The translations under genes were made by a program, and so were the position numbers. This document shows positions 38,361 to 48,537 of a stretch of 64,000 bases of DNA, piece after piece; positions within the stretch are counted from its first letter, which is position 1; the number at the start of each line of letters is the position of its first letter. The notes below the pieces were generated by a model, which ran no database searches, had not been told where the DNA came from, and saw only the letters and a list, made by a program, of their open reading frames with translations. The DNA is taken from positions 8 to 64,007 of the forward strand of contig JABDKO010000076.1 of assembly GCA_013002165.1 (NCBI GenBank), given 5' to 3'. Source of the DNA: Rhodothermales bacterium (GTDB taxonomy: Bacteria > Bacteroidota > Rhodothermia > Rhodothermales > JABDKH01).

Positions 38361-40331
38361 CTATCGGGCGGATCTGATTGCATCCAACGTAGATTCATCC
38401 TCCAGTGCTGTGGTGTTGCCAATCTCTTCGTCAAGGTAGCAGCTCCGGATCAGTCGTCGGATGACCTTGGCATTGCGCGTCTTTGGCAATGCGGTTACGA
38501 ATAGCACGGCTTTTGGTCGCAGCGGCTTACCCAGTTGTTCAGCTATGAGTGCGCTTACATTCGAACGCTCGGTGTCAAGGTCAGAAATCGAATCCAGATC
38601 TTCGCGGAGCACACAGAAGACTACGAGAGCCTGACCTTTTGCATCGTCCGGGACACCAATGGCGGCGCTTTCAGCAATGCGGTCAACCGCATTTACAACG
38701 GCCTCAACTTCAGCCGGTCCAAGTCGTTTTCCCGCGACCTTAATGGTGTCATCACTGCGACCGAGGATGTACCATAATCCATGCGAATCGATAGCAGCAA
38801 AATCACCGTGAACCCAGACACCCGGAATTTTCGACCAGTAGCTTTCTACATATCTTTCCGGGTCATTCCAGAAACCACGGGTCATTCCTATCCACGGTTT
38901 CCGGATCACAAGTTCACCCACCTCACCCCGGACAGATGCGCCTGATTCGTTGACGACATCAACGTCCATCCCCGGAACGGGTCCTGAAAATGAGCAGGGG
39001 GATAATGGTTTGAAGAAATTTCCACAGATGATACCGCCGCTAATCTCCGTACCACCTGAATAGTTCAGGATAGGTTTTTGACTGTCCAGAACGTTTTCAT
39101 ATAACCACATCCAGGATTCGGGATCCCACGGGCTGCCGGTTGATCCGATCGCTCGAAGGCAACCGACATCATGTTTGCGAACAGGCTCCGCTCCATGCAC
39201 CTTCAGCGCTCGAACAAGGACAGGGGACAGGCCGAGAAACGTGACGCCGTGGCTGTCAACCATTTCCCATAGTCGGTCCACGCCGGGATAGTCGGGAGCT
39301 CCATCGTACAGAACCAGCGCGGCTCCATTCAGCAGCGCCCCAAACACAAGCCAGGGTCCCATCATCCAACCCATATCACTCATCCAGTAAACCACGTCTC
39401 CATTTCGGACATCCATGCAGTGACGCATATCCTGTGCACTTTTGATCGGGAATCCGCAATGAGTGTGAACGGCACCCTTTGGGCGGCCAGTCGTGCCGCT
39501 CGTGTAGATGATCATTAGAGTGTCTTCTGCCTCAGTTACCTCGGTCCTCGATTTAGTGGAGGTGTTGCGAACAAAATCATCCCAACGAATGTCTCGATCA
39601 TTTGTCCATGGGCAATCCTCACGACCGATCCGGGAGACAACGACTACCTGCTCAATTGTGGGGACATCATGTAGTGCCTCGTCCGCTGTCTCCTTCATGT
39701 TGACCGGGTTGCCCCTGCGATAAAAACCATCAGCGGTAAACAAGACTTTGGCACCGGCATCATTCAGGCGCATCGAGATCGCAGATGGACCATAGCCGCT
39801 GAACAACGGCAACACTATGCCGCCTATCTTGATTGTGGCGAGAAATGCGATGACCACCTCGGGCACCATCGGCATGTATAGTCCAACTGCATCGCCTTTT
39901 CCAATTCCCGCCGATCGCAGAGCATTTGCACAACGACAGACTTCTGCATTCAACTCACGGTAGGACAGAGAAGAAGTGAAGCCCTCCTCGGACTCATACC
40001 TGACGGCCACCTGATTACCGGTGGAAGTATTCTGCCATTTGTCCAGCATGTTATGGATGATGTTCATTTCACCACCGACACACCAGCGGGGGAACTCTGG
40101 TCCACTTCCGGGCACAACTACGTTTTGGTACTCGGTATAAAACTGGATGTCGAGATCCTTCATTACAGCGTTCCAAAACCACGTAATATCATTTACAGAA
40201 CGCTCCTGCAGCTCGTCTATAGACGCGATGCCATACAGGTTCATGAAGTGCTGCAGGTTCGTGTCCTGGTTGTGGTCAGAATCAGGAAACCAGACGGGCT
40301 CCTGCCCAAAAGGAAATGATGTACTTTGCAT
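38361..40331 (-). CDS. Acyl-CoA synthetase (acetate/acetoacetate-CoA ligase family)
   Basis: YTSGTTGRPKG, SDMGWMMG, GGTE, HGD, GRSDD and PKTRNAK. Confidence 0.92.
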   Translation of the reverse strand: MQSTSFPFGQEPVWFPDSDHNQDTNLQHFMNLYGIASIDELQERSVNDITWFWNAVMKDLDIQFYTEYQNVVVPGSGPEFPRWCVGGEMNIIHNMLDKWQNTSTGNQVAVRYESEEGFTSSLSYRELNAEVCRCANALRSAGIGKGDAVGLYMPMVPEVVIAFLATIKIGGIVLPLFSGYGPSAISMRLNDAGAKVLFTADGFYRRGNPVNMKETADEALHDVPTIEQVVVVSRIGREDCPWTNDRDIRWDDFVRNTSTKSRTEVTEAEDTLMIIYTSGTTGRPKGAVHTHCGFPIKSAQDMRHCMDVRNGDVVYWMSDMGWMMGPWLVFGALLNGAALVLYDGAPDYPGVDRLWEMVDSHGVTFLGLSPVLVRALKVHGAEPVRKHDVGCLRAIGSTGSPWDPESWMWLYENVLDSQKPILNYSGGTEISGGIICGNFFKPLSPCSFSGPVPGMDVDVVNESGASVRGEVGELVIRKPWIGMTRGFWNDPERYVESYWSKIPGVWVHGDFAAIDSHGLWYILGRSDDTIKVAGKRLGPAEVEAVVNAVDRIAESAAIGVPDDAKGQALVVFCVLREDLDSISDLDTERSNVSALIAEQLGKPLRPKAVLFVTALPKTRNAKVIRRLIRSCYLDEEIGNTTALEDESTLDAIRSAR

Positions 40332-40379
40332 ACGTTGATTTCATGGTCTCAGAGTGCCTCAATATACAACAACGACTCG

Positions 40380-40874
40380 TCACACTCGTTCTTGTGTGGG
40401 TGGCTGCTCTTCCTCGCGAAGTACAACGTCCGAGACTGCCTTGAATTGTTTCTCCCTCATGTAGGCATCCAGCGAGAACCGGCCTGAACCAAACACTACG
40501 CATACCACAATTGCGACCAAAAGGGCTACGTCGAACCATACCGCATAATGAATACCGGGTACTTCCGAACGCAACTCATGCCCGAAGAGGAACAAAATAA
40601 ACAAGGGGACTTGCACCGATGCTGCAAGACGGGTCAGCAGACCAAAAATAAGCAGTATGCCGCCAACAAGTATAGCAAGCGTAAAGAGAGGTATGAGAAG
40701 TGTTGAAGAGATAAAATCTAAACCGGTCTCTTCGAGGACTCTCATTGCAGAAGATTGCGACAATATATACTGAACGCCGCCCGCAGCCAGGACGGCACCT
40801 GTTGCAATTCGAACGGCGTCTACGTACCAAGGTACGTGAACGCCGGAAACTATTTTTTCCCACTTGTTGATCAT
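40380..40874 (-). CDS. DoxX-family membrane protein
   Basis: Four hydrophobic segments with RIATG, GLLTRLAA and GSGRFSLD. Confidence 0.8.
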   Translation of the reverse strand: MINKWEKIVSGVHVPWYVDAVRIATGAVLAAGGVQYILSQSSAMRVLEETGLDFISSTLLIPLFTLAILVGGILLIFGLLTRLAASVQVPLFILFLFGHELRSEVPGIHYAVWFDVALLVAIVVCVVFGSGRFSLDAYMREKQFKAVSDVVLREEEQPPTQERV

Positions 40875-41136
40875 AGTTCAATCCTGTCGAGCAGTTGCTG
40901 GCTAGGGTCGACAACTCAAAAGTGCCTCAAGGTGCACACGCGACAATTCGTCTTCACCATCAAGACGGGTCGTACTTACTATGACAATAAACTCCGCAAG
41001 AAACCGTAACAGAGAAGCCGCGTTGGTCACATCGAATGACAAAGCGAACCGGGAGTATTCAGTCGCAATATATGAATACTGGTCTGCTTTATTATTATAA
41101 AACCAACGTCTTACAAACAGGTCGCGTATCTATAAC

Positions 41137-41547
41137 ATGACGAACGATTCGGAAAACTTGAAAGAGCGTCTTACCGATGAGCAGTATCGGATAACCCAGG
41201 AGAAGGGAACCGAGAGGGCCTTCACCGGCAACTACTGGGATCACAAGGAAGACGGGATGTACACATGCGTCGTGTGCGGTGAACCTCTTTTCGACTCTGG
41301 AACAAAGTACGATTCAGGTTCGGGATGGCCGAGTTTCTACAAACCTGTCGAGTCGGACAGTGTGGCGACGGCTGACGATTCTTCTCATGGGATGGTAAGA
41401 ACCGAAGTGGTATGCAAAAGCTGTGGTTCTCACCTGGGACACGTATTTCCAGACGGGCCGCGCCCGACAGGTTTGCGATACTGTATCAATTCTGCGTCCC
41501 TGGATTTCGAGGAAAAAGAACAGGAAGATCCGGACGATGCATCTTGA
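41137..41547 (+). CDS. msrB: Peptide-methionine (R)-S-oxide reductase
   Basis: GTERAF, CVVC, GSGWPSF, CKSC, HLGHVF and RYCINS. Confidence 0.97.
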   Translation: MTNDSENLKERLTDEQYRITQEKGTERAFTGNYWDHKEDGMYTCVVCGEPLFDSGTKYDSGSGWPSFYKPVESDSVATADDSSHGMVRTEVVCKSCGSHLGHVFPDGPRPTGLRYCINSASLDFEEKEQEDPDDAS

Positions 41548-41629
41548 AAGAGATGGAATAACCCGGAGCGCATTTAAGTAGCATAGTTAGAGACGATACA
41601 ATGGAGTGATACACCCCTCAATCACTCCA

Positions 41630-43210
41630 ATGAAGACGCGATACAAGTTTTTTGTTGCCTTGATGGTTGCTACGAGCGCACCTTTTCTCGCCGGAGGGAT
41701 TTGGCTTGAGATTGTCGCCGTAAGTAAGGCATTTGACGGCGATGGGATTTCTGTTCTGAGCTACATGCTGCTTGGTATGGCGCTGGTGGCAATCGGAGTC
41801 GCGATACCTGTAATAGCATTACGGACTGCCCGCACTGGTACCAGGTTTGAGGACTTGAAAGAGGCGCATCCACAGGAGCCGTGGTTTTGGAGGGATGATT
41901 GGACCAGACAGTTGCTCAGGAGTGGTTCAGAGTTCCCATCAGGTGCCGTCCTTGTGTGTCTACTGTGGAACTGTGCGATGATAGGCCTTGGCCTGCTCCT
42001 CTATCGACAGTGGCTTATCGAGGATGATCCGTTCAAATGGTCCGTCCTTATTATACCTTTCATCGGAGTCGTCCTGACTCTATATGCAGTCCGTTCGGTA
42101 CTGGGCTGGTTACGGTTTGGTGAAAGCAGGTTTGTTCTTGCAACACTTCCTGTACCTGCAGCCGACCTGGTAGAGGGAATCGTATATACAGAAATCCACC
42201 CTGACGATGTACCAAGACACGGTTTCAGAGTATCGCTATCATGTATAAACGAGAAGGTGCGAATCGATCGTAAGGCTCGCACAACGCGCTCGTATTTGCT
42301 CTGGCGCGACGAGCAGCGATTCAAAAGTGCAAACAATCTCGAAGATCCCGACAAAGTAGTAATACCGCTGTACTTTCGTCTTCCAGAAGACTGTACGGAG
42401 ACCAGTATGCAGACGAATAATCGCGTAACCTGGAAGCTCGAGATATCGGGCAAGACCGGCCGCGGTGAATATTTCTCCGCCTTTACACTGCCGGTGTTTC
42501 GGGATCATCGGTTCGATGCTCGCTTTGTTGATTGGGCTGACTGTCCATCGCAACTTCCTGCCCGATATTCCCCCAACCTGGTAAAACAGATGCCCGAGAT
42601 AATCGGTACGGGCATCGAGGTTGACTCGACACGAGATGACTCGACAATCCTGCACCTTGCGCGTGCCCGAAACCGGGCCCTTGCGGTGTTGGTGGGACTA
42701 ATAACGGTCGTCTGGTGGACCATGACAGCGATGCTGTTCGTCCGCGAGGCACCTCTGATGTTTTCGGCTCTGTGTGCCGCCGGCGGGATGCTGGCGCTGT
42801 ATGGTTCCATCGTCATGCTGACCTACGAGTCGACGATAACCGTCAGGCGCGACGGAATCGAGTATCGAAGAGGACCCTTCGGCAGGGGTCCTTTGAAAAC
42901 CATTTCAGGCAGGGATGTTGATGAAGTTGAAGTCGTGACCGGATCACGCGCTGGAACAGGGTATCTGCATAACATCGTGGTGACAACACGATCCGGTGAG
43001 GCGCAGGTCATAGCAGACCTCATCAATGATCGGGGAATTGCGAACTGGCTTTCGTTCAAAATCCAGTCAGAATTGTTTGGCTACAGTCCAGAGTATTCTG
43101 CTGACGACTATCGAACGCCACGTAGCGACCGGGACGTAGTTCGGCGCATCTCGAATCTGAACGACACAATCGGCAATCGTATTTCTACCGTGCAGCCCGC
43201 AGTCAATTAG
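41630..43210 (+). CDS. Hypothetical multi-pass membrane protein
   Basis: Long ORF with three pairs of TM helices separated by soluble domains (EPWFWRDDW, WKLEISG). ATG 41630 preferred over GTG 41606. Confidence 0.7.
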   Translation: MKTRYKFFVALMVATSAPFLAGGIWLEIVAVSKAFDGDGISVLSYMLLGMALVAIGVAIPVIALRTARTGTRFEDLKEAHPQEPWFWRDDWTRQLLRSGSEFPSGAVLVCLLWNCAMIGLGLLLYRQWLIEDDPFKWSVLIIPFIGVVLTLYAVRSVLGWLRFGESRFVLATLPVPAADLVEGIVYTEIHPDDVPRHGFRVSLSCINEKVRIDRKARTTRSYLLWRDEQRFKSANNLEDPDKVVIPLYFRLPEDCTETSMQTNNRVTWKLEISGKTGRGEYFSAFTLPVFRDHRFDARFVDWADCPSQLPARYSPNLVKQMPEIIGTGIEVDSTRDDSTILHLARARNRALAVLVGLITVVWWTMTAMLFVREAPLMFSALCAAGGMLALYGSIVMLTYESTITVRRDGIEYRRGPFGRGPLKTISGRDVDEVEVVTGSRAGTGYLHNIVVTTRSGEAQVIADLINDRGIANWLSFKIQSELFGYSPEYSADDYRTPRSDRDVVRRISNLNDTIGNRISTVQPAVN

Positions 43211-44391
43211 CGGCCGTTCGTGGATACTCCGTGAGATTCCGGTTTCCACGACAGAATGTAATCCTTCTGCTCGGCCTCAAGGGCTGCCTTGGTGAGATTC
43301 AGCGGCTTGAATGTATCAACCATTACGGCCAGTTCATCCGTGCCGGGCTTTCCGATTGAAGCTTCCACAGTACCTGGATGCGGACCATGCGCAATACCGC
43401 CGGGGTGCAGAGTGAACGATCCCCGGTCAATTCCCTTGCGACTCATGAAATCACCCTCTGCGTAGTACAGCACTTCGTCGGAGTCGATGTTAGAGTGGTT
43501 ATATGGCGCCGGAATGCCTTCAGGATGGTAGTCAAATAACCGGGGCACAAAGCTGCATATGACGAAATTGCGACCCGCAAATGTCTGGTGGACTGGAGGC
43601 GGTTGATGGACGCGACCCGTTATCGGTTCGAAGTCGTGGATGGAGAATGCATATGGATACATGTATCCGTCCCAACCGACGAAGTCAAATGGATGGTAAC
43701 GGTAGTAGAAACGATGGAGCAGTCCATGCTTTGCGATGCGTACTTCGAATTCACCTTCTTCATCGTGTGTGACCAGTTCCGAGGGTGGTCGGATATCTCG
43801 TTCACAGTAAGGACTGTGCTCCAACAGCTGGCCAAATTCGTTGCGGTATCGTCTTGGAGTCTTGACTTCAGAGAAACTCTCGATCACAAGTAATCTTCGA
43901 GGTCCGTCATCGAACTTCCAGCGATGAGTTATCGTCCGGGGAATGTGGACGTAATCTCCTTGAGAGAACGACAGCGAACCGAAGGGACTCTCCATGACGC
44001 CGCTTCCATCGTGAACATAGACAACTTCATCTGCAACAGCGTTCCGGTAGAAATAGTCCATTGGCTCCGTCGGCGAGCAAAGAGCCAATCGAACGTCCGC
44101 ATTTCCCATAACGTAGTTTCTCGCGGTCAGCCAATCGCCGGATGACGGAACCTGCGAGCCAAGAATGTGACGGTGGGCAAGAAAGTCCTTGTCCGCGTAT
44201 TCAACGTCGTAAGGAATCGGGTCACCGATTCGGTCAATGATAGTCGGTGGATGAACATGGTACGCAATGGAGGAGATTCCGCTGAACCCCTCGGCACCAA
44301 TTACCTCTTCCGAGTACAAGGATCCGTCAGGTTTCCGAAACTGCGTGTGCCTTTTGTGCGGGAGCTTTCCCAGCCGAAAGTAGTGAGCCAT
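43207..44391 (-). CDS. hmgA: Homogentisate 1,2-dioxygenase
   Basis: EGFSG, HPFDFVGWDG, HQPPPVH, PYNHSNIDSDE and HGPHPG; adjacent to hppD. Confidence 0.95.
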   Translation of the reverse strand: MAHYFRLGKLPHKRHTQFRKPDGSLYSEEVIGAEGFSGISSIAYHVHPPTIIDRIGDPIPYDVEYADKDFLAHRHILGSQVPSSGDWLTARNYVMGNADVRLALCSPTEPMDYFYRNAVADEVVYVHDGSGVMESPFGSLSFSQGDYVHIPRTITHRWKFDDGPRRLLVIESFSEVKTPRRYRNEFGQLLEHSPYCERDIRPPSELVTHDEEGEFEVRIAKHGLLHRFYYRYHPFDFVGWDGYMYPYAFSIHDFEPITGRVHQPPPVHQTFAGRNFVICSFVPRLFDYHPEGIPAPYNHSNIDSDEVLYYAEGDFMSRKGIDRGSFTLHPGGIAHGPHPGTVEASIGKPGTDELAVMVDTFKPLNLTKAALEAEQKDYILSWKPESHGVSTNGR

Positions 44392-44402
44392 AATAGTCTT
44401 CT

Positions 44403-45539
44403 CTATAGTGTGCCGCGTCGGGCCTGTTCACGTTCAATCGCTTCAAACAACGCCTTGAAATTTCCCTTGCCAAAGGAACGGGCGCCCTTTCGCTGAATGA
44501 TCTCGTAAAAAACTGTTGGCCGGTCTTGCACCGGTTTCGTAAATATCTGGAGCAGATAGCCCTCATCGTCCCTGTCAACCAGGACACCTAGTTCTGCGAG
44601 CATACTGACATCTTCATCAATCTCACCAACCCGTTCCAGCAGTACGTCGTAATACGATCCGGGCACAGACAGAAACTGAATGCCTCTCTGTCTGAGCAGC
44701 GAAACAGTATGCAAAATATCGTTCGTGGCGATCGCAATATGTTGTACGCCGGCTCCGCGGTAGAAATCAAGATACTCTTCGATCTGGCTCTTCTTTTTGC
44801 CCTGCGCCGGCTCGTTAATCGGAAATTTTATTCGCTCGTTGCCGTTGGCCATTACCTTGGACATAAGGGCAGTGTATTCTGTCGAAATGTCCTTATCGTC
44901 GAACGACACCAACTGTCTGAACCCCATTACGTCAGCATAAAATTTGACATATTTATTCATGTCTCCCAGATCAACATTACCTACGCAGTGGTCGACGTAT
45001 TCCAGACCAACAGGTTCAGACGGAAAATCAATTCTATCCGTCGCCTCGAAACCGGGCATGAAAAGTCCGGAGTAATTGTGTCGGTCTACGAACGTGTGGA
45101 TCGTATCTCCATAGGTACGGATGGAGGCACGGGTAATGTGGCCGTGCTCGTCCTCGATCCTCTCCGGGCGGTGAACCGGTGTTGCACCCCGCTCTACCGT
45201 GTTGTCAAAAGCGGCTTCTGCATCATCTACCCAGAATGCGATATCTCGAACTCCATCCCCATGCGCTTTAACATGATCCGCGATAGGGGACTCAGGTGCG
45301 AGTGCTGAAGTCAACACGAAACGCACTTTGCCCTGCGTCAGGAGGTAGCTTGTTCTGTCTCGCGAGCCAGTCTCCAGTCCGCTATAGGCTGTTATATTAA
45401 AACCGAAGGCGGCACGATAGAAATAGGCCGATTGAAGAGCGTTGCCTACATAGAACTCAATGTAGTCCGTACCGTTAATCGGTAGGAAATCGTCTGCGGT
45501 GTCTGTCTCTGCCTGGACAGCAAGTGACGTATCATCCAT
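44403..45539 (-). CDS. hppD: 4-hydroxyphenylpyruvate dioxygenase
   Basis: HGDGV, DHCVGN, PINEP, GVQHIA, LLQIFT, EIIQR and FGKGNFKALF. Confidence 0.97.
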   Translation of the reverse strand: MDDTSLAVQAETDTADDFLPINGTDYIEFYVGNALQSAYFYRAAFGFNITAYSGLETGSRDRTSYLLTQGKVRFVLTSALAPESPIADHVKAHGDGVRDIAFWVDDAEAAFDNTVERGATPVHRPERIEDEHGHITRASIRTYGDTIHTFVDRHNYSGLFMPGFEATDRIDFPSEPVGLEYVDHCVGNVDLGDMNKYVKFYADVMGFRQLVSFDDKDISTEYTALMSKVMANGNERIKFPINEPAQGKKKSQIEEYLDFYRGAGVQHIAIATNDILHTVSLLRQRGIQFLSVPGSYYDVLLERVGEIDEDVSMLAELGVLVDRDDEGYLLQIFTKPVQDRPTVFYEIIQRKGARSFGKGNFKALFEAIEREQARRGTL

Positions 45540-45668
45540 CGTTCGTAGGTTTTAAATGACTCTGGCTGAAGGTTATTAGACCTTTCGTCCAACAACTCGT
45601 TCCGGTATCTGGCTAACTATAAGAACGCTTGATAAGCCCATATTCGATCATAATAGATAGATGTACCT

Positions 45669-46217
45669 GTGATTAAGCCCTGGACTACGACGAAGACGGC
45701 ATATCTCATAAAGCGGGATTGGATGAACGTTCGGAAAGATGAAGTGAGGCTGCCCAATGGCGTGATACTCCCGGAATTTCATGTTGTCGAATATCCGGAT
45801 TGGGTCAGTGTTCTTGCGGTGACCGACGATCGGAAGGTCGTGCTCGTAGAGCAGTACCGCCACGGTGTTGAGTCAGTCAGTCTTGAACTGCCGGCCGGTC
45901 GAATCGACAGAGCCGAAAATCCCGAGAGTGCGGCTGTTCGCGAGCTGGAAGAGGAGACCGGGTATGTTGCGGATGATCTGAGACTTATTGGAACCTGCGC
46001 CCCGGAGCCCGCAAAACATAACAACTTTGCGCACCTTTATTTCAGTGGCAACGTCAAACGAAAGGGCATTGCGCGACCGGATGCATCTGAAGATATTCAA
46101 GTCTGCCTGCTTCCTGTTGCTGAGCTCGACACCGCTATCAATGAAAACAGGTTTATTCACGGGATCCATATTACGGCCATTCTATGGGCACGACTGCGGG
46201 GTTGGCTCGATCAGTAA
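45669..46217 (+). CDS. NUDIX hydrolase (ADP-ribose pyrophosphatase-like)
   Basis: QYRH and ELPAG...AVRELEEETGY Nudix box. Confidence 0.9.
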   Translation: MIKPWTTTKTAYLIKRDWMNVRKDEVRLPNGVILPEFHVVEYPDWVSVLAVTDDRKVVLVEQYRHGVESVSLELPAGRIDRAENPESAAVRELEEETGYVADDLRLIGTCAPEPAKHNNFAHLYFSGNVKRKGIARPDASEDIQVCLLPVAELDTAINENRFIHGIHITAILWARLRGWLDQ

Positions 46218-46278
46218 ATGGCAACAATATTGCCTCTCATGAACCGTTAATTGTACTTATAAAATATCATTCCGCCAT

Positions 46279-47421
46279 TTGACAAAATCACCTTTCATAG
46301 CTCTTCCAGTACTAGTTCTGGCGATGATCGGACTTACGGCCTGCGGGGATCGTGTAGTTGTTTCTGAACTTCAGGTCGAACGCCTGGGTTGGGACACTCT
46401 GACCGTCTCAGCTGATTTCAGTCAGAGGCGGCTGTTCGGTGGTTACGAACCCGTTGCCCCGCCGTCGATCACGGTGCGACTATTTGACTCCCGGTTTGAC
46501 ACGCTACACAGCGGATCCTCTACCAAGTTGATCGTACCGGATCGGGATCTGGGCAGCGAAGAAAAAGTCCTTGTCGAATTGTGTGCGGATTTCGATAGCG
46601 GTGAGCTGTGCGAACAATCAGGGTTTACAGCGTCGCGAAAGAAATACTCGGTACAGCAAGAGATAGACTACCCGGCTGATAATGGCTACGATAAGGGAGA
46701 ATACCGTGCAATCTTCAAACTTGATCGGTTAAGGTTTGGCACGGAAGAGTGGGAGCAAATTGAACTACCCGATTCGTTTACGCGATACGTGATTGCGTCA
46801 ATTGATAGCGCCGAGGGAGGTGCGATTCGAATTCCGCTTCGGCGACTCAACGGCCGTTTTAATCTTTCGACCTACGACAACTACCGTGACTTCCGGTACT
46901 ACTTATTGTCGCACTTGCTCGACTATAACGCGGCAACTATCCGTTTTGACATGTACGCGGCCAATCGGGGACAGCATTCCATACTTGCATCGGAAACGAG
47001 AGTTGTCAAGACGAAGTCCCGGCAAACCCGAGAACTCGAGGCGGGCATGTTCATGCAGGAAGCGTCGAGACGTATTCTTTCCGGGCTGAGAACATTTCCT
47101 ATTGGTACTGAAGAATTCGCGTATCTGAACGGTTGGAACTACATCAAAGTGACCAGTAGATATAGCATAGAGATGGATCTGTCCTGGCGAAGTCGTTTTA
47201 TACGTGAGCGATGGTATACGCTTCAGGGTACGTTGGAGGTTAATGAGGACGGAACCGATCCCACGTTCCGCGTCGTTTCAGGCAATTCGAGGGCCTTGAG
47301 ACGCTGGCGTGACCGTTTCCGTGATGACACGGTTCGAATGAACCCGCTTGGCGTAAAATCTACCGAAGGAGCATCAGAAACGGACAGTACAAACGGTTCC
47401 AGCGGTCCGGATAATGACTAG
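46279..47421 (+). CDS. Hypothetical lipoprotein
   Basis: TTG start, lipobox GLTAC, 380-aa ORF with no recognisable family. Confidence 0.7.
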   Translation: MTKSPFIALPVLVLAMIGLTACGDRVVVSELQVERLGWDTLTVSADFSQRRLFGGYEPVAPPSITVRLFDSRFDTLHSGSSTKLIVPDRDLGSEEKVLVELCADFDSGELCEQSGFTASRKKYSVQQEIDYPADNGYDKGEYRAIFKLDRLRFGTEEWEQIELPDSFTRYVIASIDSAEGGAIRIPLRRLNGRFNLSTYDNYRDFRYYLLSHLLDYNAATIRFDMYAANRGQHSILASETRVVKTKSRQTRELEAGMFMQEASRRILSGLRTFPIGTEEFAYLNGWNYIKVTSRYSIEMDLSWRSRFIRERWYTLQGTLEVNEDGTDPTFRVVSGNSRALRRWRDRFRDDTVRMNPLGVKSTEGASETDSTNGSSGPDND

Positions 47422-47527
47422 TTACCGCTAGACAGTCACACGCTACTCCAGTACATTGCAATTGCGCCCGGCGCGATGGTGTTGGGCCCACCGAACAGGA
47501 CGGAAATTCAATTAGCTGATCAGCAAC

Positions 47528-48532
47528 TTGGCTCAGAAAAAATACAAGGCCCTGGTTCTAGACGAAACGGAAGGTGTGCTAACCGCATCGGTTCGAGAGG
47601 TCTCAAACGGCTTCGATCCCGGTCGGGGAGATGTGTTCATCAGGATTCTGTACAGCAGCGTTAATTACAAAGACGGCCTTGCGGTCACAGGAAAGGGCAA
47701 GATCGTCAGAGCCGATTATCCGTTTGTACCCGGGATTGACCTCGTTGGTGAAGTGCTCGAGAGCCATTCGACAAAATATGTACCCGGTGACCTCGTAATT
47801 GGAACTGGTTGGCAGATCGGCGAGGTCCACTGGGGTGGATACAGTCAGTACCAAACCGTACGGGCTGAGTGGCTGGTACCGTTGCCCGATGGTATGTCGG
47901 CAGAGGAGTCAATGGTGGTTGGCACAGCAGGCTTTACTGCGGCACTGGCGATTGTTGCCCTTGAAAAAAATGATGTTCGGCCCGGCGACGGCGATATAGT
48001 TGTTACGGGCGCCACCGGAGGCGTCGGCAGCATGTCGGTAGCGATGCTTCACAGGCTGGGGTATCGTGTCGTCGCGAGTACGGGAAAGACCGAAGACGAC
48101 TACTTGAAGAGCATCGGAGCGGATGAAATCATTCATCGATCAGTCCTTGCAGACGGACCGTATCGGCCTCTCGACAGTGCAAAATGGGTCGGGGCGATTG
48201 ACTCCGTGGGAGGTACTACGCTGGCGACCCTTCTCACGCAGATAAAACTTCATGGTGCCGTAGCAGCATGTGGACTTGCCGCCAGCCATCGACTGGATAC
48301 TAATGTCTACCCATTCATCTTACGCGGTGTTAACCTGCTGGGAATCGACTCTAACTATTGTCCATACGATCGAAGGGTGGAAGCCTGGAATCGTGTAGCA
48401 TCGTTGCTGGATTCGGATTTGCTTGGCGAAATGAATCGCATGATTACTCTGCACGACATCCCGAATGTTGCTGAGGAAATTACGTCAGGGAAAGTGAAGG
48501 GTAGAGTAGTTGTTAATATCCAGGGGAGTTGA
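47528..48532 (+). CDS. acuI: Acryloyl-CoA reductase / YhdH-family MDR oxidoreductase
   Basis: YSSVNYKDGLA, PGIDLVG, GTAGFTAAL, TGATGGVGS and PFILRGVNLLGIDS. Confidence 0.85.
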   Translation: MAQKKYKALVLDETEGVLTASVREVSNGFDPGRGDVFIRILYSSVNYKDGLAVTGKGKIVRADYPFVPGIDLVGEVLESHSTKYVPGDLVIGTGWQIGEVHWGGYSQYQTVRAEWLVPLPDGMSAEESMVVGTAGFTAALAIVALEKNDVRPGDGDIVVTGATGGVGSMSVAMLHRLGYRVVASTGKTEDDYLKSIGADEIIHRSVLADGPYRPLDSAKWVGAIDSVGGTTLATLLTQIKLHGAVAACGLAASHRLDTNVYPFILRGVNLLGIDSNYCPYDRRVEAWNRVASLLDSDLLGEMNRMITLHDIPNVAEEITSGKVKGRVVVNIQGS

Positions 48533-48537
48533 GAACA

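Noticed and set aside
43207-45539. hppD as a sign of pyomelanin production or a special pathway
   Set aside because: An intact hmgA is adjacent, consistent with ordinary tyrosine catabolism.
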